Shown here: positions 10,072 through 19,824 of the stretch, piece by piece
Layout of the letters: each line of letters starts with the position of its first letter
Numbering within the stretch: the stretch's first letter is position 1
IMG/VR virus record: IMGVR_UViG_3300037067_007633
Span: 1-64,000 of that record
Direction: 5' to 3' (one strand)
Origin: a virus
Lineage: Duplodnaviria; Caudoviricetes
DNA: 64,000 nt
Translations under genes and position numbers: made by a program
Notes under the pieces: generated by a model
What the model saw: the letters and a program-made list of their open reading frames with translations, nothing else
Told to the model about the DNA's origin: nothing
The model's database searches: none

Positions 10072-11049
10072 CTACCTATTTTTCTTTCCTTCTAAATATC
10101 CATTACCAACTAATTTCAAAATAACCCTTCCAAGTCTAATATCCATTCTCTCTATTAATGGTTTAATTACACAACCCTCACGAATATGATCTGTATAAAG
10201 CATGGTAGATTTACCCTCTGCTAGTTGTTCTGCTATTTCAAAATTAAATGGACCAGAATATAATACTGGAACTCTTTGGATTTTATAATCGTCGCACATT
10301 TTTTCAAAATCTTTAACATTCAAAAAACATCCATTTTCCCAAATATCAAAAGCTATAAATCTTGATCCTTCTGTAATTCCATATTTATATCCTTTAACTT
10401 TTCCATATACTTCACCAAACATAATAGTATCTGGATGGCTATAACAAAAATCTTTTAATTGTGGGCAGTTATAATAAGCATTCCACCAAGCATTGTTTTT
10501 ATCTACAGCATTCCAGTTTGTTCTACTTCCACAAAACATTTCACCATTATGATAACAATACCTTCCGTTTTGCCCTTCAATTTTTTCCGTTATATTTACG
10601 TGTTCGCCATCTTTAAATATATGCATTCTTCCTCTAATATTATCAATATCATATTTAGAAGGAAGAATCATTGATGGACCACAAATATGATTATTGTTAT
10701 TTAAACTACTAGTATTTTCTAATTCTGGTTCATAATGACCGATTTCTAATATATTAGCAACATCATCACCAAGTTTTACACCAATAGGAGGTTTGATAAG
10801 TAATCCCATTGAAATAACTCCACGTAATTTCTTTACTCTAATTCTTTCGGTTTTTAGAAAAGAAAATTCTGGGCGAGAAGTTTTAACTAGACTATCTGGT
10901 TGAATATATACTCCAAGATCACCATCTTTCCAATCTTCTGTTTTTACACAAACTGAAAAACCGCCAACTTTAACAATGCTTAATGAATCTGCATTTGGAT
11001 GTTTTTCAAGTTTAATTTGTACAACTTCAGCTTTATGTGTATTACTCAT
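10072..11049 (-). CDS. ATP-dependent RNA ligase, DRB0094/Rnl5-type
   Basis: N-terminal OB-fold (HPNADSL), motif I TEKIEG, FGEVYG, AFDI, EGCVIKP. Confidence 0.9.
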   Translation of the reverse strand: MSNTHKAEVVQIKLEKHPNADSLSIVKVGGFSVCVKTEDWKDGDLGVYIQPDSLVKTSRPEFSFLKTERIRVKKLRGVISMGLLIKPPIGVKLGDDVANILEIGHYEPELENTSSLNNNNHICGPSMILPSKYDIDNIRGRMHIFKDGEHVNITEKIEGQNGRYCYHNGEMFCGSRTNWNAVDKNNAWWNAYYNCPQLKDFCYSHPDTIMFGEVYGKVKGYKYGITEGSRFIAFDIWENGCFLNVKDFEKMCDDYKIQRVPVLYSGPFNFEIAEQLAEGKSTMLYTDHIREGCVIKPLIERMDIRLGRVILKLVGNGYLEGKKNR

Positions 11050-11055
11050 ATTAAA

Positions 11056-11415
11056 TTATCCATCATAGTACATTGAACTATATCTTTTTGGAAGTGGAAA
11101 ATTATTCTTTTTTGCAAAATCGTCCATAACTTTAATTTGTTCTTTAGAAATATCTTCTCTTGGCATATCACCACATTCAGGATGTAAATCTGTTTCAATT
11201 ACAGACAATCCAATTACTTTATATAAATAATCATGATAATAAACTGTATTAACCAGATCTTCAAAATCTTCGCGAGAATTTATACTATCGTCTTCTATTA
11301 GTCCTTCAACTATTTTATTAAATAATGTTTTGTCTTTAAAATCATATTCTTTATATCCATAAACTATAAAACTTGTAGTAGAACTATTGCTTACAAAACC
11401 ATTTCTAGTTTTCAT
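11056..11415 (-). CDS. FVSNSS-tag protein 3
   Basis: MKTRNGFVSNSSTTSF; ends YYDG. Confidence 0.85.
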   Translation of the reverse strand: MKTRNGFVSNSSTTSFIVYGYKEYDFKDKTLFNKIVEGLIEDDSINSREDFEDLVNTVYYHDYLYKVIGLSVIETDLHPECGDMPREDISKEQIKVMDDFAKKNNFPLPKRYSSMYYDG

Positions 11416-11864
11416 AAACCATTCCTCTTTAATATGTTTTGTAGTTTTTTATGTCTTGGATTGAAAATAATCATTTCATCCGCAACAACACAGTTACCAC
11501 CGTTTTGTAATCCAACAATTCTCGGAAATCTAAATAATACTCTGATTACATCATGGTATGTATTAGCATAGTCTTTTGCGGTGTAATAATTACTAAAAAT
11601 ATGAAATCCTGTCAAATATTTTTTATAAGAAGTCATTGTATGTGCCGAGTTTTGAATAGTTTGTAGTGTTTTATCAAATGATCCGTGTTGGTTAAATAAA
11701 GAAGAAAAAGAATCATAACATATTACAACGCTTTTATATCCTAAATACCAAATTTTACCTTTATATTTAACTTTTTGTAGATGCGAATTACACCATTTTG
11801 TAGAAAGATCAATATTATTTATATAATTTCCGCAATTTGTAGTCTTAATATCACTTAAACACAT
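11412..11864 (-). CDS. MCL-family paralog (group A)
   Basis: MCL, WYLGYK, GFHIF, FRFPRIVGLQ. Confidence 0.8.
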   Translation of the reverse strand: MCLSDIKTTNCGNYINNIDLSTKWCNSHLQKVKYKGKIWYLGYKSVVICYDSFSSLFNQHGSFDKTLQTIQNSAHTMTSYKKYLTGFHIFSNYYTAKDYANTYHDVIRVLFRFPRIVGLQNGGNCVVADEMIIFNPRHKKLQNILKRNGL

Positions 11865-12067
11865 TCTACTTCCTCCCTAAATAAAAATAAGTCTTTATAA
11901 ATATTTTTAACAACTTTCAACATTATTTTTTTATCTTTAGTGTTTGCAACATTATTGTTGATAAATATTTCTCTATTAGTCAAATAGCACATCAAATCAG
12001 ATAGTTTAATATAAACGTCTTTTTCAGTAGGGTGTATTATATAATCAACATTTATTGAGTTGTTCAT
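11855..12067 (-). CDS. hypothetical protein
   Basis: ORF track. Confidence 0.55.
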   Translation of the reverse strand: MNNSINVDYIIHPTEKDVYIKLSDLMCYLTNREIFINNNVANTKDKKIMLKVVKNIYKDLFLFREEVECV

Positions 12068-12818
12068 TTATATATAATACTTCGCTCAATGGTGTTAAAC
12101 TATTGTGTTCTCCTATAACTTTGTAGTGGCATACCCTAATCTTGTCACACGTAGAATCTTGTGGAACCGATATTACATCACGAGGATTTACTTTAACGGT
12201 GAGTATTTTTCCGTCAGAATGAAAACATCTAATATAATCTAAATTACCAACATGCCAACCAGTAGAACAATCTTTAAGTTTATCATCATCTACTTTGTTC
12301 CTCGGCATATCAAATTCAGCACCAACCTTATTTAAAAATGTTCCAGAATACCAATCATAATAATCCGGTCTAACTGTTTTATAAGCTATAAAACAACCAT
12401 CCTTAGTAATGGGTAGTGATTTTCTAGTTAAAAACTCAACCACACTATCTACTGCCCACTTAGAAGGATTATCCATAAGATTATTCATAAATTTCATCCA
12501 AGGACGAGGATTTAATCCTTCAGAAATAAATCGTAGTATTAAATCAGCTAATGTTGAATGTACTTCTTCTTTATTATAAAAAACCTTATTGTTTTTAACA
12601 ACAACTTTACCAGAAGTGTATTTAGAAACACACTTTGGTATATCTAAAAGTGTTTCTATTTTCTTAAAATTTTTATGTCTCTTCTTTAGTTCTACTAATA
12701 AATTTTTATAATTAGTATTAGTTTTATCAACAACATACATTTTACCATTTAGGTTAATATTTAAAGTATCATCACCACATTCAACTACAACAATATAGTT
12801 TTTCTTTTTTTTAATCAT
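12045..12818 (-). CDS. rIIB: rIIB-like protein
   Basis: ITKDGCFIAYK..D.YSG.F.N.VG..M.R..VDDD..CSTGWHVG; directly downstream of rIIA. Confidence 0.85.
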   Translation of the reverse strand: MIKKKKNYIVVVECGDDTLNINLNGKMYVVDKTNTNYKNLLVELKKRHKNFKKIETLLDIPKCVSKYTSGKVVVKNNKVFYNKEEVHSTLADLILRFISEGLNPRPWMKFMNNLMDNPSKWAVDSVVEFLTRKSLPITKDGCFIAYKTVRPDYYDWYSGTFLNKVGAEFDMPRNKVDDDKLKDCSTGWHVGNLDYIRCFHSDGKILTVKVNPRDVISVPQDSTCDKIRVCHYKVIGEHNSLTPLSEVLYINEQLNKC

Positions 12819-12823
12819 AATAA

Positions 12824-14908
12824 TTAATTTTCCTTTACTTGTTTAACATATTGCATAATATCTTTAATATTCTTATTAGAAATACCATCATATGATTTTG
12901 TAATATACTTAATCATAAAATATTTTTCTATAATTTGATTCCATAGGTTTTGTAATTTATGTTTTGGTTCTACAACAGTAAAAAACACACCAACTGAATT
13001 AAATAATAATTTCCATTCTTCTAATGAAATATTTTGTTGCTCAATAGTTTTAGTAGAAACATTTAGTTCATCTATAGCATCACAAAGTTCTTTAAATAAT
13101 AAATTTTGTTGAATAAATTCTACCGGAAACATTTTTATATTATCAATAATTTCATCACAATTATTATAATACTCATCAGCGTTATAAAAGTCTTGTAAAA
13201 AACCATCGTTATTTTTTCCATTAACTATTGATTGAATGTATTCGTATAAGTTAATCCACTTTTTATTTTTATTTATTTTATTAACAGTAGATGCTCTAAC
13301 ACCATACAAACAAAAATCTTTATTATATTTTGTAAGTGTATTTATAATTTTATTAAAAGAAAACCAATTTCGAGTAGGCAATCCGTTTCTAATATTAATA
13401 GGAAGGTATCTTCCCAGTTCTACGTAAAATCCACCGTTATTTAAATCTATTTCTGATTCTACCCAGTGGGCATAATCAGAATTATAGTGTGTATCTCTGT
13501 ATTTAAATATTTTAGATTTACTAGCATATTTTACAGAAGAATCATTTTTGATCCTTTCTTGTTTTGGCAAAGAAGAAACTTTAATAATTTCTTCAGGTAA
13601 ACAATCTAATTTATCTATTAATTTCTGACTTATTTTACTAAATAAATATACTACTGAATGAGTATCACGTACACACTTTAAACACCTAGAGAATGCACCC
13701 TTTTTTGGTGCTATGTCATTTTCTACCAAAATCACATTGCTAAAACAATTTACATTCGTTAGTGGTTTTTGTAAAGCTACCCTTTTAAATCGTCTTGTTT
13801 TTTCAAAAAACACAAAACTATCTTGTGTATCTGTCGAATCAAAATAAATAATATCATTATATAATAACTTATTATTCCACTTTAAAGGAAGTGTAGAAAT
13901 AATATTAAATCCTTTATTAATATTACATAAGTAATGTCTTTTTTTTCTAGCTTCCCATAAAGATTTGCAGGTAGAAATTTCTGTTTCAACTTGTAGTTTA
14001 ATCTCATTAGCAATATCTTCTGCTACATCTAGAATGTAATTTATTGTTTGTTTGTCATACTGTAAGTGTTCTCTACTTGGAGTAATATTAACACTTCCAA
14101 TATCAACAAAAATATCAAGTCCTTTAACGGTTTCTAAAAAATCTGATTGCGAATTTAAACTTTTTACATTTAATGGATAACAAATATTACCCATGATAAT
14201 ATTTATATCATCAAAACCATTCCAAAGTCTTACTTTCCATTTTCCGCTTTTACTTTCATGTATATATTTAATATCTTCTATTTTGTATAAAGAATTACCG
14301 GAAATATTTGGTTGTATTTTAAAATACTTATATACATTTTCTGCTTCTGTACAAAATCTATCAAAATCTAAATTATTAACAGGAATACTTACTAATAATC
14401 CAGACTCTTCTAAAGTATCCTCACTGCCCATATTGGTAATATTAGGCACACCATTACTACCAATATAAAGAGCATAATTTGTCCTTTTACCTTGGTAATA
14501 TGAAGTAACACTAAACGATCTTGTATAAGCAAAAGGGCTCTTACTTCCTAGTCCTAAACATCCAACAAAATCATTAGACTTAATTTTATAACTACCACTT
14601 TGAAAATATGTGGTATATAAATTCATAATGTCTTCTTCAGACATTCCCGGTCCATAATCCCTAATTGTAAATGTGGGATTAAATTTTCCTGGTAAAATTA
14701 CATTAAAAGGAATATTTAGTTTATTAGAAAAAACGTGGGCATCATAAGCATTGGTACTTAGTTCACGAATTACTGCTCGGATCTTGTTAGAATAAATGCC
14801 AGACGATAGGATGCTATAAGCGTGTGGTGTAGCAGCAATTGAAAACGTCTTAGTTTCTTCTACATCACCAGAAATTTTTACTTTACCGCAATCATTTGTA
14901 ACAAGCAT
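12824..14908 (-). CDS. rIIA: rIIA-like GHKL ATPase
   Basis: LSSGIYSNKIRAVIRELSTNAYDA, IRDYGPG, GCLGLGSKSPFAY, ITPSREHL; start placed at ATG 14908. Confidence 0.9.
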   Translation of the reverse strand: MLVTNDCGKVKISGDVEETKTFSIAATPHAYSILSSGIYSNKIRAVIRELSTNAYDAHVFSNKLNIPFNVILPGKFNPTFTIRDYGPGMSEEDIMNLYTTYFQSGSYKIKSNDFVGCLGLGSKSPFAYTRSFSVTSYYQGKRTNYALYIGSNGVPNITNMGSEDTLEESGLLVSIPVNNLDFDRFCTEAENVYKYFKIQPNISGNSLYKIEDIKYIHESKSGKWKVRLWNGFDDINIIMGNICYPLNVKSLNSQSDFLETVKGLDIFVDIGSVNITPSREHLQYDKQTINYILDVAEDIANEIKLQVETEISTCKSLWEARKKRHYLCNINKGFNIISTLPLKWNNKLLYNDIIYFDSTDTQDSFVFFEKTRRFKRVALQKPLTNVNCFSNVILVENDIAPKKGAFSRCLKCVRDTHSVVYLFSKISQKLIDKLDCLPEEIIKVSSLPKQERIKNDSSVKYASKSKIFKYRDTHYNSDYAHWVESEIDLNNGGFYVELGRYLPINIRNGLPTRNWFSFNKIINTLTKYNKDFCLYGVRASTVNKINKNKKWINLYEYIQSIVNGKNNDGFLQDFYNADEYYNNCDEIIDNIKMFPVEFIQQNLLFKELCDAIDELNVSTKTIEQQNISLEEWKLLFNSVGVFFTVVEPKHKLQNLWNQIIEKYFMIKYITKSYDGISNKNIKDIMQYVKQVKEN

Positions 14909-15317
14909 TCTTAAATATTTCCTTTTCTTTTTTGTAATCAAAAACAATAATTTTGTCTGCAACTACAACATTTAAATTGTCTTGAACACCAATAATTCTA
15001 GGAAGTTGAAATAAAACCCTTTTTACATTATAACCAAAACTGTATGTGCGAGCATCTTGTCTATTTGTAAGAATATGAAATCCAGTATTATAATAATCAT
15101 CATAACTCAAATTACATCGTATGTATACTTTAATTGACTCATGAATAACATTAAAATCGTAATCATTATGAAATAACGATAGTTTATTATCAATTGTTGG
15201 ACAATACTTCCAACCAACATACCACCAACTATTTCTATATTTTATTTGTTTTAAATTTTTATCACAAAATTCTTTTACATTTTTCTTGTCTCGCAAAAAT
15301 ATTCTATCTAAACACAT
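14892..15317 (-). CDS. MCL-family paralog (group A)
   Basis: MCL, WYVGWK, GFHIL, FQLPRIIGVQ. Confidence 0.8.
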   Translation of the reverse strand: MCLDRIFLRDKKNVKEFCDKNLKQIKYRNSWWYVGWKYCPTIDNKLSLFHNDYDFNVIHESIKVYIRCNLSYDDYYNTGFHILTNRQDARTYSFGYNVKRVLFQLPRIIGVQDNLNVVVADKIIVFDYKKEKEIFKNACYK

Positions 15318-15318
15318 A

Positions 15319-15714
15319 TTATTTGTCCTTATTTAAATATATACAAATAAACACACTAATAATTGATATAACGAGTGTTAAAAACACTATTGGAATAAAT
15401 GACAACAAATAACCTATGATAGATCCAACTGTTAATAATTTAATCTTTAAAAGTAATTTTATTTTTGTTTTAGAAATTGCCTTATTAGGTGGTTGAAAAC
15501 TATCTTTGAAAAAAAGTTTTCTACCATAACCATTATCTTCAGGAACATAATGATTACTATGATCGTCCCACCAATGTTTGTGTTTAGGACACGCAGCTAT
15601 AACATTTAATGTACATTTACCAGTTCTGCTATCATATTTTTCTGTAGAAAAATCTGGCATGTGTACTAATAAAGATCCACATTTAACACAATATTCTTTT
15701 TCAAATTCTACCAT
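15319..15714 (-). CDS. Zn-binding protein with C-terminal TM helices
   Basis: CVKCG...CPKH; hydrophobic tail. Confidence 0.65.
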   Translation of the reverse strand: MVEFEKEYCVKCGSLLVHMPDFSTEKYDSRTGKCTLNVIAACPKHKHWWDDHSNHYVPEDNGYGRKLFFKDSFQPPNKAISKTKIKLLLKIKLLTVGSIIGYLLSFIPIVFLTLVISIISVFICIYLNKDK

Positions 15715-15729
15715 TTTTAAACTCCTTTA

Positions 15730-15864
15730 TTAATGATGACTAATTTTCAAAACAACACCAAGCTTCTCTACAACTCCGTCATGTTCCATAACGGGCAGTT
15801 TATCTAATCCTATGATTAAACTACTAGAACTAGAGTTTGAGACAAACCCATTTCTTATTTTCAT
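15730..15864 (-). CDS. FVSNSS-tag peptide 4 (44 aa, below the ORF-track cutoff)
   Basis: translated by hand: MKIRNGFVSNSSSSSLIIGLDKLPVMEHDGVVEKLGVVLKISHH. Confidence 0.75.
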   Translation of the reverse strand: MKIRNGFVSNSSSSSLIIGLDKLPVMEHDGVVEKLGVVLKISHH

Positions 15865-15866
15865 AA

Positions 15867-16100
15867 TTATTCACTTTCTACATAATAAGTAATATTGTTT
15901 TTCTTTAATTCGTTTTTAATTTCCGTTAATCGTAAACAATCATCTTCGTCTGTATCACCATAATCTGTAATACTAGTTCTAAAAACGCCTGGTAAAAATT
16001 CATGGGCGTTTTCATTTATTAATAAGGGTAGATCTGTTTTATAATATATAGTGAAACTTGTTGAGCTTGAGTTTGAAACAAAACCAATTCGTGTTTTCAT
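15867..16100 (-). CDS. FVSNSS-tag protein 5
   Basis: MKTRIGFVSNSSSTSF, ATG at 16100. Confidence 0.85.
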   Translation of the reverse strand: MKTRIGFVSNSSSTSFTIYYKTDLPLLINENAHEFLPGVFRTSITDYGDTDEDDCLRLTEIKNELKKNNITYYVESE

Positions 16101-16101
16101 A

Positions 16102-16413
16102 TTAACAACTCCTAGTTCCCATATAAACTTTAATTCTAGTAATATCAATGTTATTATTCTTAGCTATCTCTTTTGCTTTACTTTGCAATTCTTTTAGTGT
16201 ATAATTTTTATTATCTAATTGTTCATCTGTTGAAGGAACTAAATGAACACCTTGATAATATTCTCCATCATCACTTAATGCTACCAAAGAATATATATCA
16301 TATTCATGACTTTCATTTCTCAAATTTGTAACTTCATCTTCTGTAAGTTTATAACCTAAAATAACAAAACTCGAAGAGGAAGAATTACTTACGAACCCGC
16401 TTCTTATTTTCAT
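16102..16413 (-). CDS. FVSNSS-tag protein 6
   Basis: MKIRSGFVSNSSSSSF, ATG at 16413. Confidence 0.85.
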   Translation of the reverse strand: MKIRSGFVSNSSSSSFVILGYKLTEDEVTNLRNESHEYDIYSLVALSDDGEYYQGVHLVPSTDEQLDNKNYTLKELQSKAKEIAKNNNIDITRIKVYMGTRSC

Positions 16414-16803
16414 TTTCAATTTTCCTTAATAGTTTTACGTCTGGAATCATCATTTTATCAGCAATTACAATAGACGAACCATATTGTTTTCCTATTAATC
16501 TCGGTTCTTGAAATAAAACTTTAGAAACACCACTCCCACTATATATTCTTGCATCTAATCTAGTTAAACAAATATGAAATCCTGTTATATAACTATATTC
16601 TTGATTTTTTATAGACTTTAATATAACATTAAAATGATGGTAGGTGTCATATAAGTAAAATCTTTTAATTGTTGAATTATTATAAATATTTATTTTCCAT
16701 CCAACATACCAAATCTCACTATTATATTTTACTTTTCGTAAATTTTTTCACAATATGATTTAACTGATTCTGAATCATAATTTGTAACATAACTTAAACA
16801 CAT
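16385..16803 (-). pseudogene. frameshifted MCL-family paralog
   Basis: MCLSYVT...YCEK then stop; adding one A to the A6 run (16743-16748) gives CEKNLRKVKYNSEIWYVGWK...TGFHIC...FQEPRLIGKQ...IADKM, open to TAA at 16385. Confidence 0.85.
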
Positions 16804-16897
16804 TTAATAATCTCCTTAATATAATTTCAAATTACTAGTTATAGGATCAATTTTTCCTCTTCGCGTTTTTAAATCTTTGCGTATTACAATTACTTGT

Positions 16898-17092
16898 TTA
16901 ATCAATTCTTTTCCACCTATAAAGAATATAATTTTCTAAATCAATTATTTTATTACATACAGAACAATGACAATAATATGCGGGATTCTTTTCGTTCATA
17001 TCGTTATATATTACATCTGATTGAAATATTTCTAAAATAGCATTACACTCTTTACAAGCAACTTGTATATTTGATTGTTTAATTATATTCAT
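16898..17092 (-). CDS. small Zn-ribbon protein
   Basis: CKEC...CSVC. Confidence 0.65.
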   Translation of the reverse strand: MNIIKQSNIQVACKECNAILEIFQSDVIYNDMNEKNPAYYCHCSVCNKIIDLENYILYRWKRID

Positions 17093-17134
17093 ATTTTATA
17101 GAAAGGACAATTTCTATTATTTTCTAGTAGTCGC

Positions 17135-18220
17135 TCACGCCACTTGTTTATTATCTATACTTTTTATTAACCAATTAAAAGAATTATCAATAATTAATTC
17201 TCTATTTAATAAATATTCTTCTTCTTTTATAATTAATAAATCTATATCTGGTATTGCTGAATAAATTTCTTTCATCCTTAATTCATCATATTCTTTATAA
17301 CATGGGAAATAATGATATTTTTCATTAAATTCAATCCATTTTTTATATTTAGGTATATAAAAATCTAAAAATCTTACATATCTAAAATTGTTTTGATATA
17401 CTTGAAATTCCCCCTTGTTAGTAGCATAAAAAATAACTAATTTATTATCAATAGCTAATAATTTATCATTTAATGTATTAAATAATTCTTGTGATGTAAC
17501 AGAAAAATTTGGTATATTATTTGAATATAATCCAATATTATTATACATTTCTTGACGAATTTTTGGGACGTGTGAGCATGTACCATATTTTAACAATTTT
17601 GTTTGTTTTACTTTGTCTTTTACCGATTGTAACTGTTGAGTAAATTCAACACCGTATTTTTTTAAATTAGTGTTTTTTGTAGAAATTAATCTTTGTTCTA
17701 GAAAACTACTATATTCTCCGTTGTATTTTAATTTACTATAAAATGATTGTAAACCGTTTTGTAACTTTTCTAAATTTTCAGCAGATATTGTGGGGTGTAT
17801 AATTTTACAATATTCAGAAAATGTTAAATTAGTATTGTGTTCTTTATTATATTTAATTAATCTATTATTAGCTGACTTTATACCTTTTAAATATTTAATT
17901 TCTTCTTTGCTATACTTATTAATAATTGTTTTTATTCTTTTATCTTTTTGATCTTCTAATAAACCATCTGAAAATATAGGAGAATTTGGATATTGCTGTT
18001 TATATTCTTGTTGTGTTATATTATGTTTTTTTAAATGTGTGTTACTAATATTTCTTAACTTTTGTTTACAAATTTGACATTCAACCTTTGGTCTAGTATC
18101 TATTGGTTGATTTTTCTTTTCTTCTAACCATTTATAATAACAATCTTTATTAAGTTTTCTATGTGATGCTAATCCTTTTGTCCCATTAAACCCGTCTCTA
18201 TTACAATATTTACATTGCAT
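17135..18220 (-). CDS. free-standing homing-endonuclease-like protein (Zn fingers, KYG repeats, DUF559/Vsr-like nuclease)
   Basis: CKYC..H, CQIC..THLKKH, NLKKYG/LLKYG repeats, C-terminal LDFYIP..KWIEFNE.YH; start placed at ATG 18220. Confidence 0.75.
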   Translation of the reverse strand: MQCKYCNRDGFNGTKGLASHRKLNKDCYYKWLEEKKNQPIDTRPKVECQICKQKLRNISNTHLKKHNITQQEYKQQYPNSPIFSDGLLEDQKDKRIKTIINKYSKEEIKYLKGIKSANNRLIKYNKEHNTNLTFSEYCKIIHPTISAENLEKLQNGLQSFYSKLKYNGEYSSFLEQRLISTKNTNLKKYGVEFTQQLQSVKDKVKQTKLLKYGTCSHVPKIRQEMYNNIGLYSNNIPNFSVTSQELFNTLNDKLLAIDNKLVIFYATNKGEFQVYQNNFRYVRFLDFYIPKYKKWIEFNEKYHYFPCYKEYDELRMKEIYSAIPDIDLLIIKEEEYLLNRELIIDNSFNWLIKSIDNKQVA

Positions 18221-18240
18221 AATATATGAACCTATAAAAC

Positions 18241-18331
18241 AAGCCACCGATTACAGAGGTATTCCCCAACACCTATAATAGTAACCGATGGCTTTAGATT
18301 GTATTTTTTGAGTTGGGGAATAATCTCTATA
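18241..18331 (-). promoter_or_regulatory. structured leader / attenuator-like RNA switch
   Basis: 14-bp stem (two G-U pairs on the minus strand) plus U-rich tail; its loop GTTGGGGAATA is complementary to upstream TATTCCCCAAC. Confidence 0.6.
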
Positions 18332-18334
18332 AGT

Positions 18335-19444
18335 TCATACACCAATTTTATAAAAAGGGCAATTCCTTTCATTATCTAATATTGTTTGTCTCCATCTATT
18401 TACTTTTTGACAACTCCATATTTCGGAAATATTATTATATTCTAAAATATTAACGCCTTCCTCACATCCACTTAATCCTTCACAAAAACTACATGGAAAC
18501 ATTTCTCCAAAAACACTAATGTACCCAGAAAATAGTGTCATTTCACATTTTTCTGCGTATTGAGATAGCTCTTTCTTCTCCTCCTCAGATTTATTACTGT
18601 TTGCAATATACCTATTATACATTCCCGCCGAACAAGAGTCAAAACCATATTTAACTTTTGTCCTATCTAATTCCTCTATTAATTTTAAATAGGAAGGAAA
18701 AGTGATGGGATTATAAAATCCAGTCTTAGCTTTATCCTTAAATGACAACATTACCAAAGCGTTCATCTTTGATAATCTGGGGTCATTTGTCATATCAAAA
18801 ACAACAGACTTTATAAAATCTATAGTTTCCTCAGCAAGCACAATATGAATGTTAATTTGGGACATTCCGTTATCTTGTGATAACTTCTTAATTGCGTCAT
18901 AGGCAATTTCTTTATTGTGAGAATTAACAGATACAGCTATTGCTCCGCATAGTTTGGATAGTCTTTCTGCTATTTCTTCAGTAAGACCATTTCCGGTTGT
19001 AGTTAAATTTGGAATTATATTACGCCTACGTGTTTCTTCTAATATATCAAATAGTTGAGGATGACTATAAATATCCGTTATACCATACGCAACTTGGGTG
19101 GGACTATATATATTATTTGCAATATAAAATCTATCTAAAATCTTGCCAAGTAATTCTAAACTCATATGTCGAGTTTTACTACTCTTAGAATTCTTATAAC
19201 AAAACTGGCATCTACCAGAACAACCACCATCCGTTACGAAAGTCCCCTCAACTTCCCTATTTACATCTTCAGGAGAAGCTGACGAAATTTCAATGTCTAA
19301 TAATTCGGGAAATGGGGCGACTTGTGGATCATCTTCTTGCGTAGCCCCCCACCTTTGAAAATATCCTGTTTGTTTATCAAAATTGTAATTATAGATATTA
19401 CTACGGCAACACTTACTTTTTGAATTTTCAATAATTTTTAACAA
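18335..19444 (-). CDS. radical SAM protein with SPASM/twitch-like C-terminus
   Basis: CSGRCQFC (CxxxCxxC), TTTG, C-terminal CEM..YI...GEMFPCSFC...CP. Confidence 0.9.
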   Translation of the reverse strand: MLKIIENSKSKCCRSNIYNYNFDKQTGYFQRWGATQEDDPQVAPFPELLDIEISSASPEDVNREVEGTFVTDGGCSGRCQFCYKNSKSSKTRHMSLELLGKILDRFYIANNIYSPTQVAYGITDIYSHPQLFDILEETRRRNIIPNLTTTGNGLTEEIAERLSKLCGAIAVSVNSHNKEIAYDAIKKLSQDNGMSQINIHIVLAEETIDFIKSVVFDMTNDPRLSKMNALVMLSFKDKAKTGFYNPITFPSYLKLIEELDRTKVKYGFDSCSAGMYNRYIANSNKSEEEKKELSQYAEKCEMTLFSGYISVFGEMFPCSFCEGLSGCEEGVNILEYNNISEIWSCQKVNRWRQTILDNERNCPFYKIGV

Positions 19445-19455
19445 AGTTTATTTCC

Positions 19456-19824
19456 TTATATCTTCACAAATAAACAACAAAATTGAGTCGGAATATTATT
19501 ACGATAATTTATTTTAGTAATACTTTCTAATACAAACCCTTCATCGTATTCCTGTTGTATTCTATCAAGAAAAGTCATAGCTGGAATAATTTTTAAATAA
19601 CATGTTAATGAATTTTGAGATTTGTTAGTTATAGAAAACGTATGCATCACTTTGTATTCATCATATATAACAAGTTCACTACCATCCCAAATACGCGACG
19701 GTATATTTCTAGATAAAATATTCAACTCTTTGCACTTTTCTATAACAAAGAAAAACGCCTTACTAAAATCATTAAAATTATAATCATTACCAGAAATACC
19801 ATCTATTCTAACTTCATATTGCAT
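19456..19824 (-). CDS. hypothetical protein, paralog of 20292-20681
   Basis: shared V..(D/N)G.S...Y.FNDF..A..F.I.KC. Confidence 0.7.
   Translation of the reverse strand: MQYEVRIDGISGNDYNFNDFSKAFFFVIEKCKELNILSRNIPSRIWDGSELVIYDEYKVMHTFSITNKSQNSLTCYLKIIPAMTFLDRIQQEYDEGFVLESITKINYRNNIPTQFCCLFVKI

Noticed and set aside
16740-16752. Programmed -1 ribosomal frameshift
   Set aside because: The in-frame codons GAA AAA ATT do not form an X XXY YYZ heptamer
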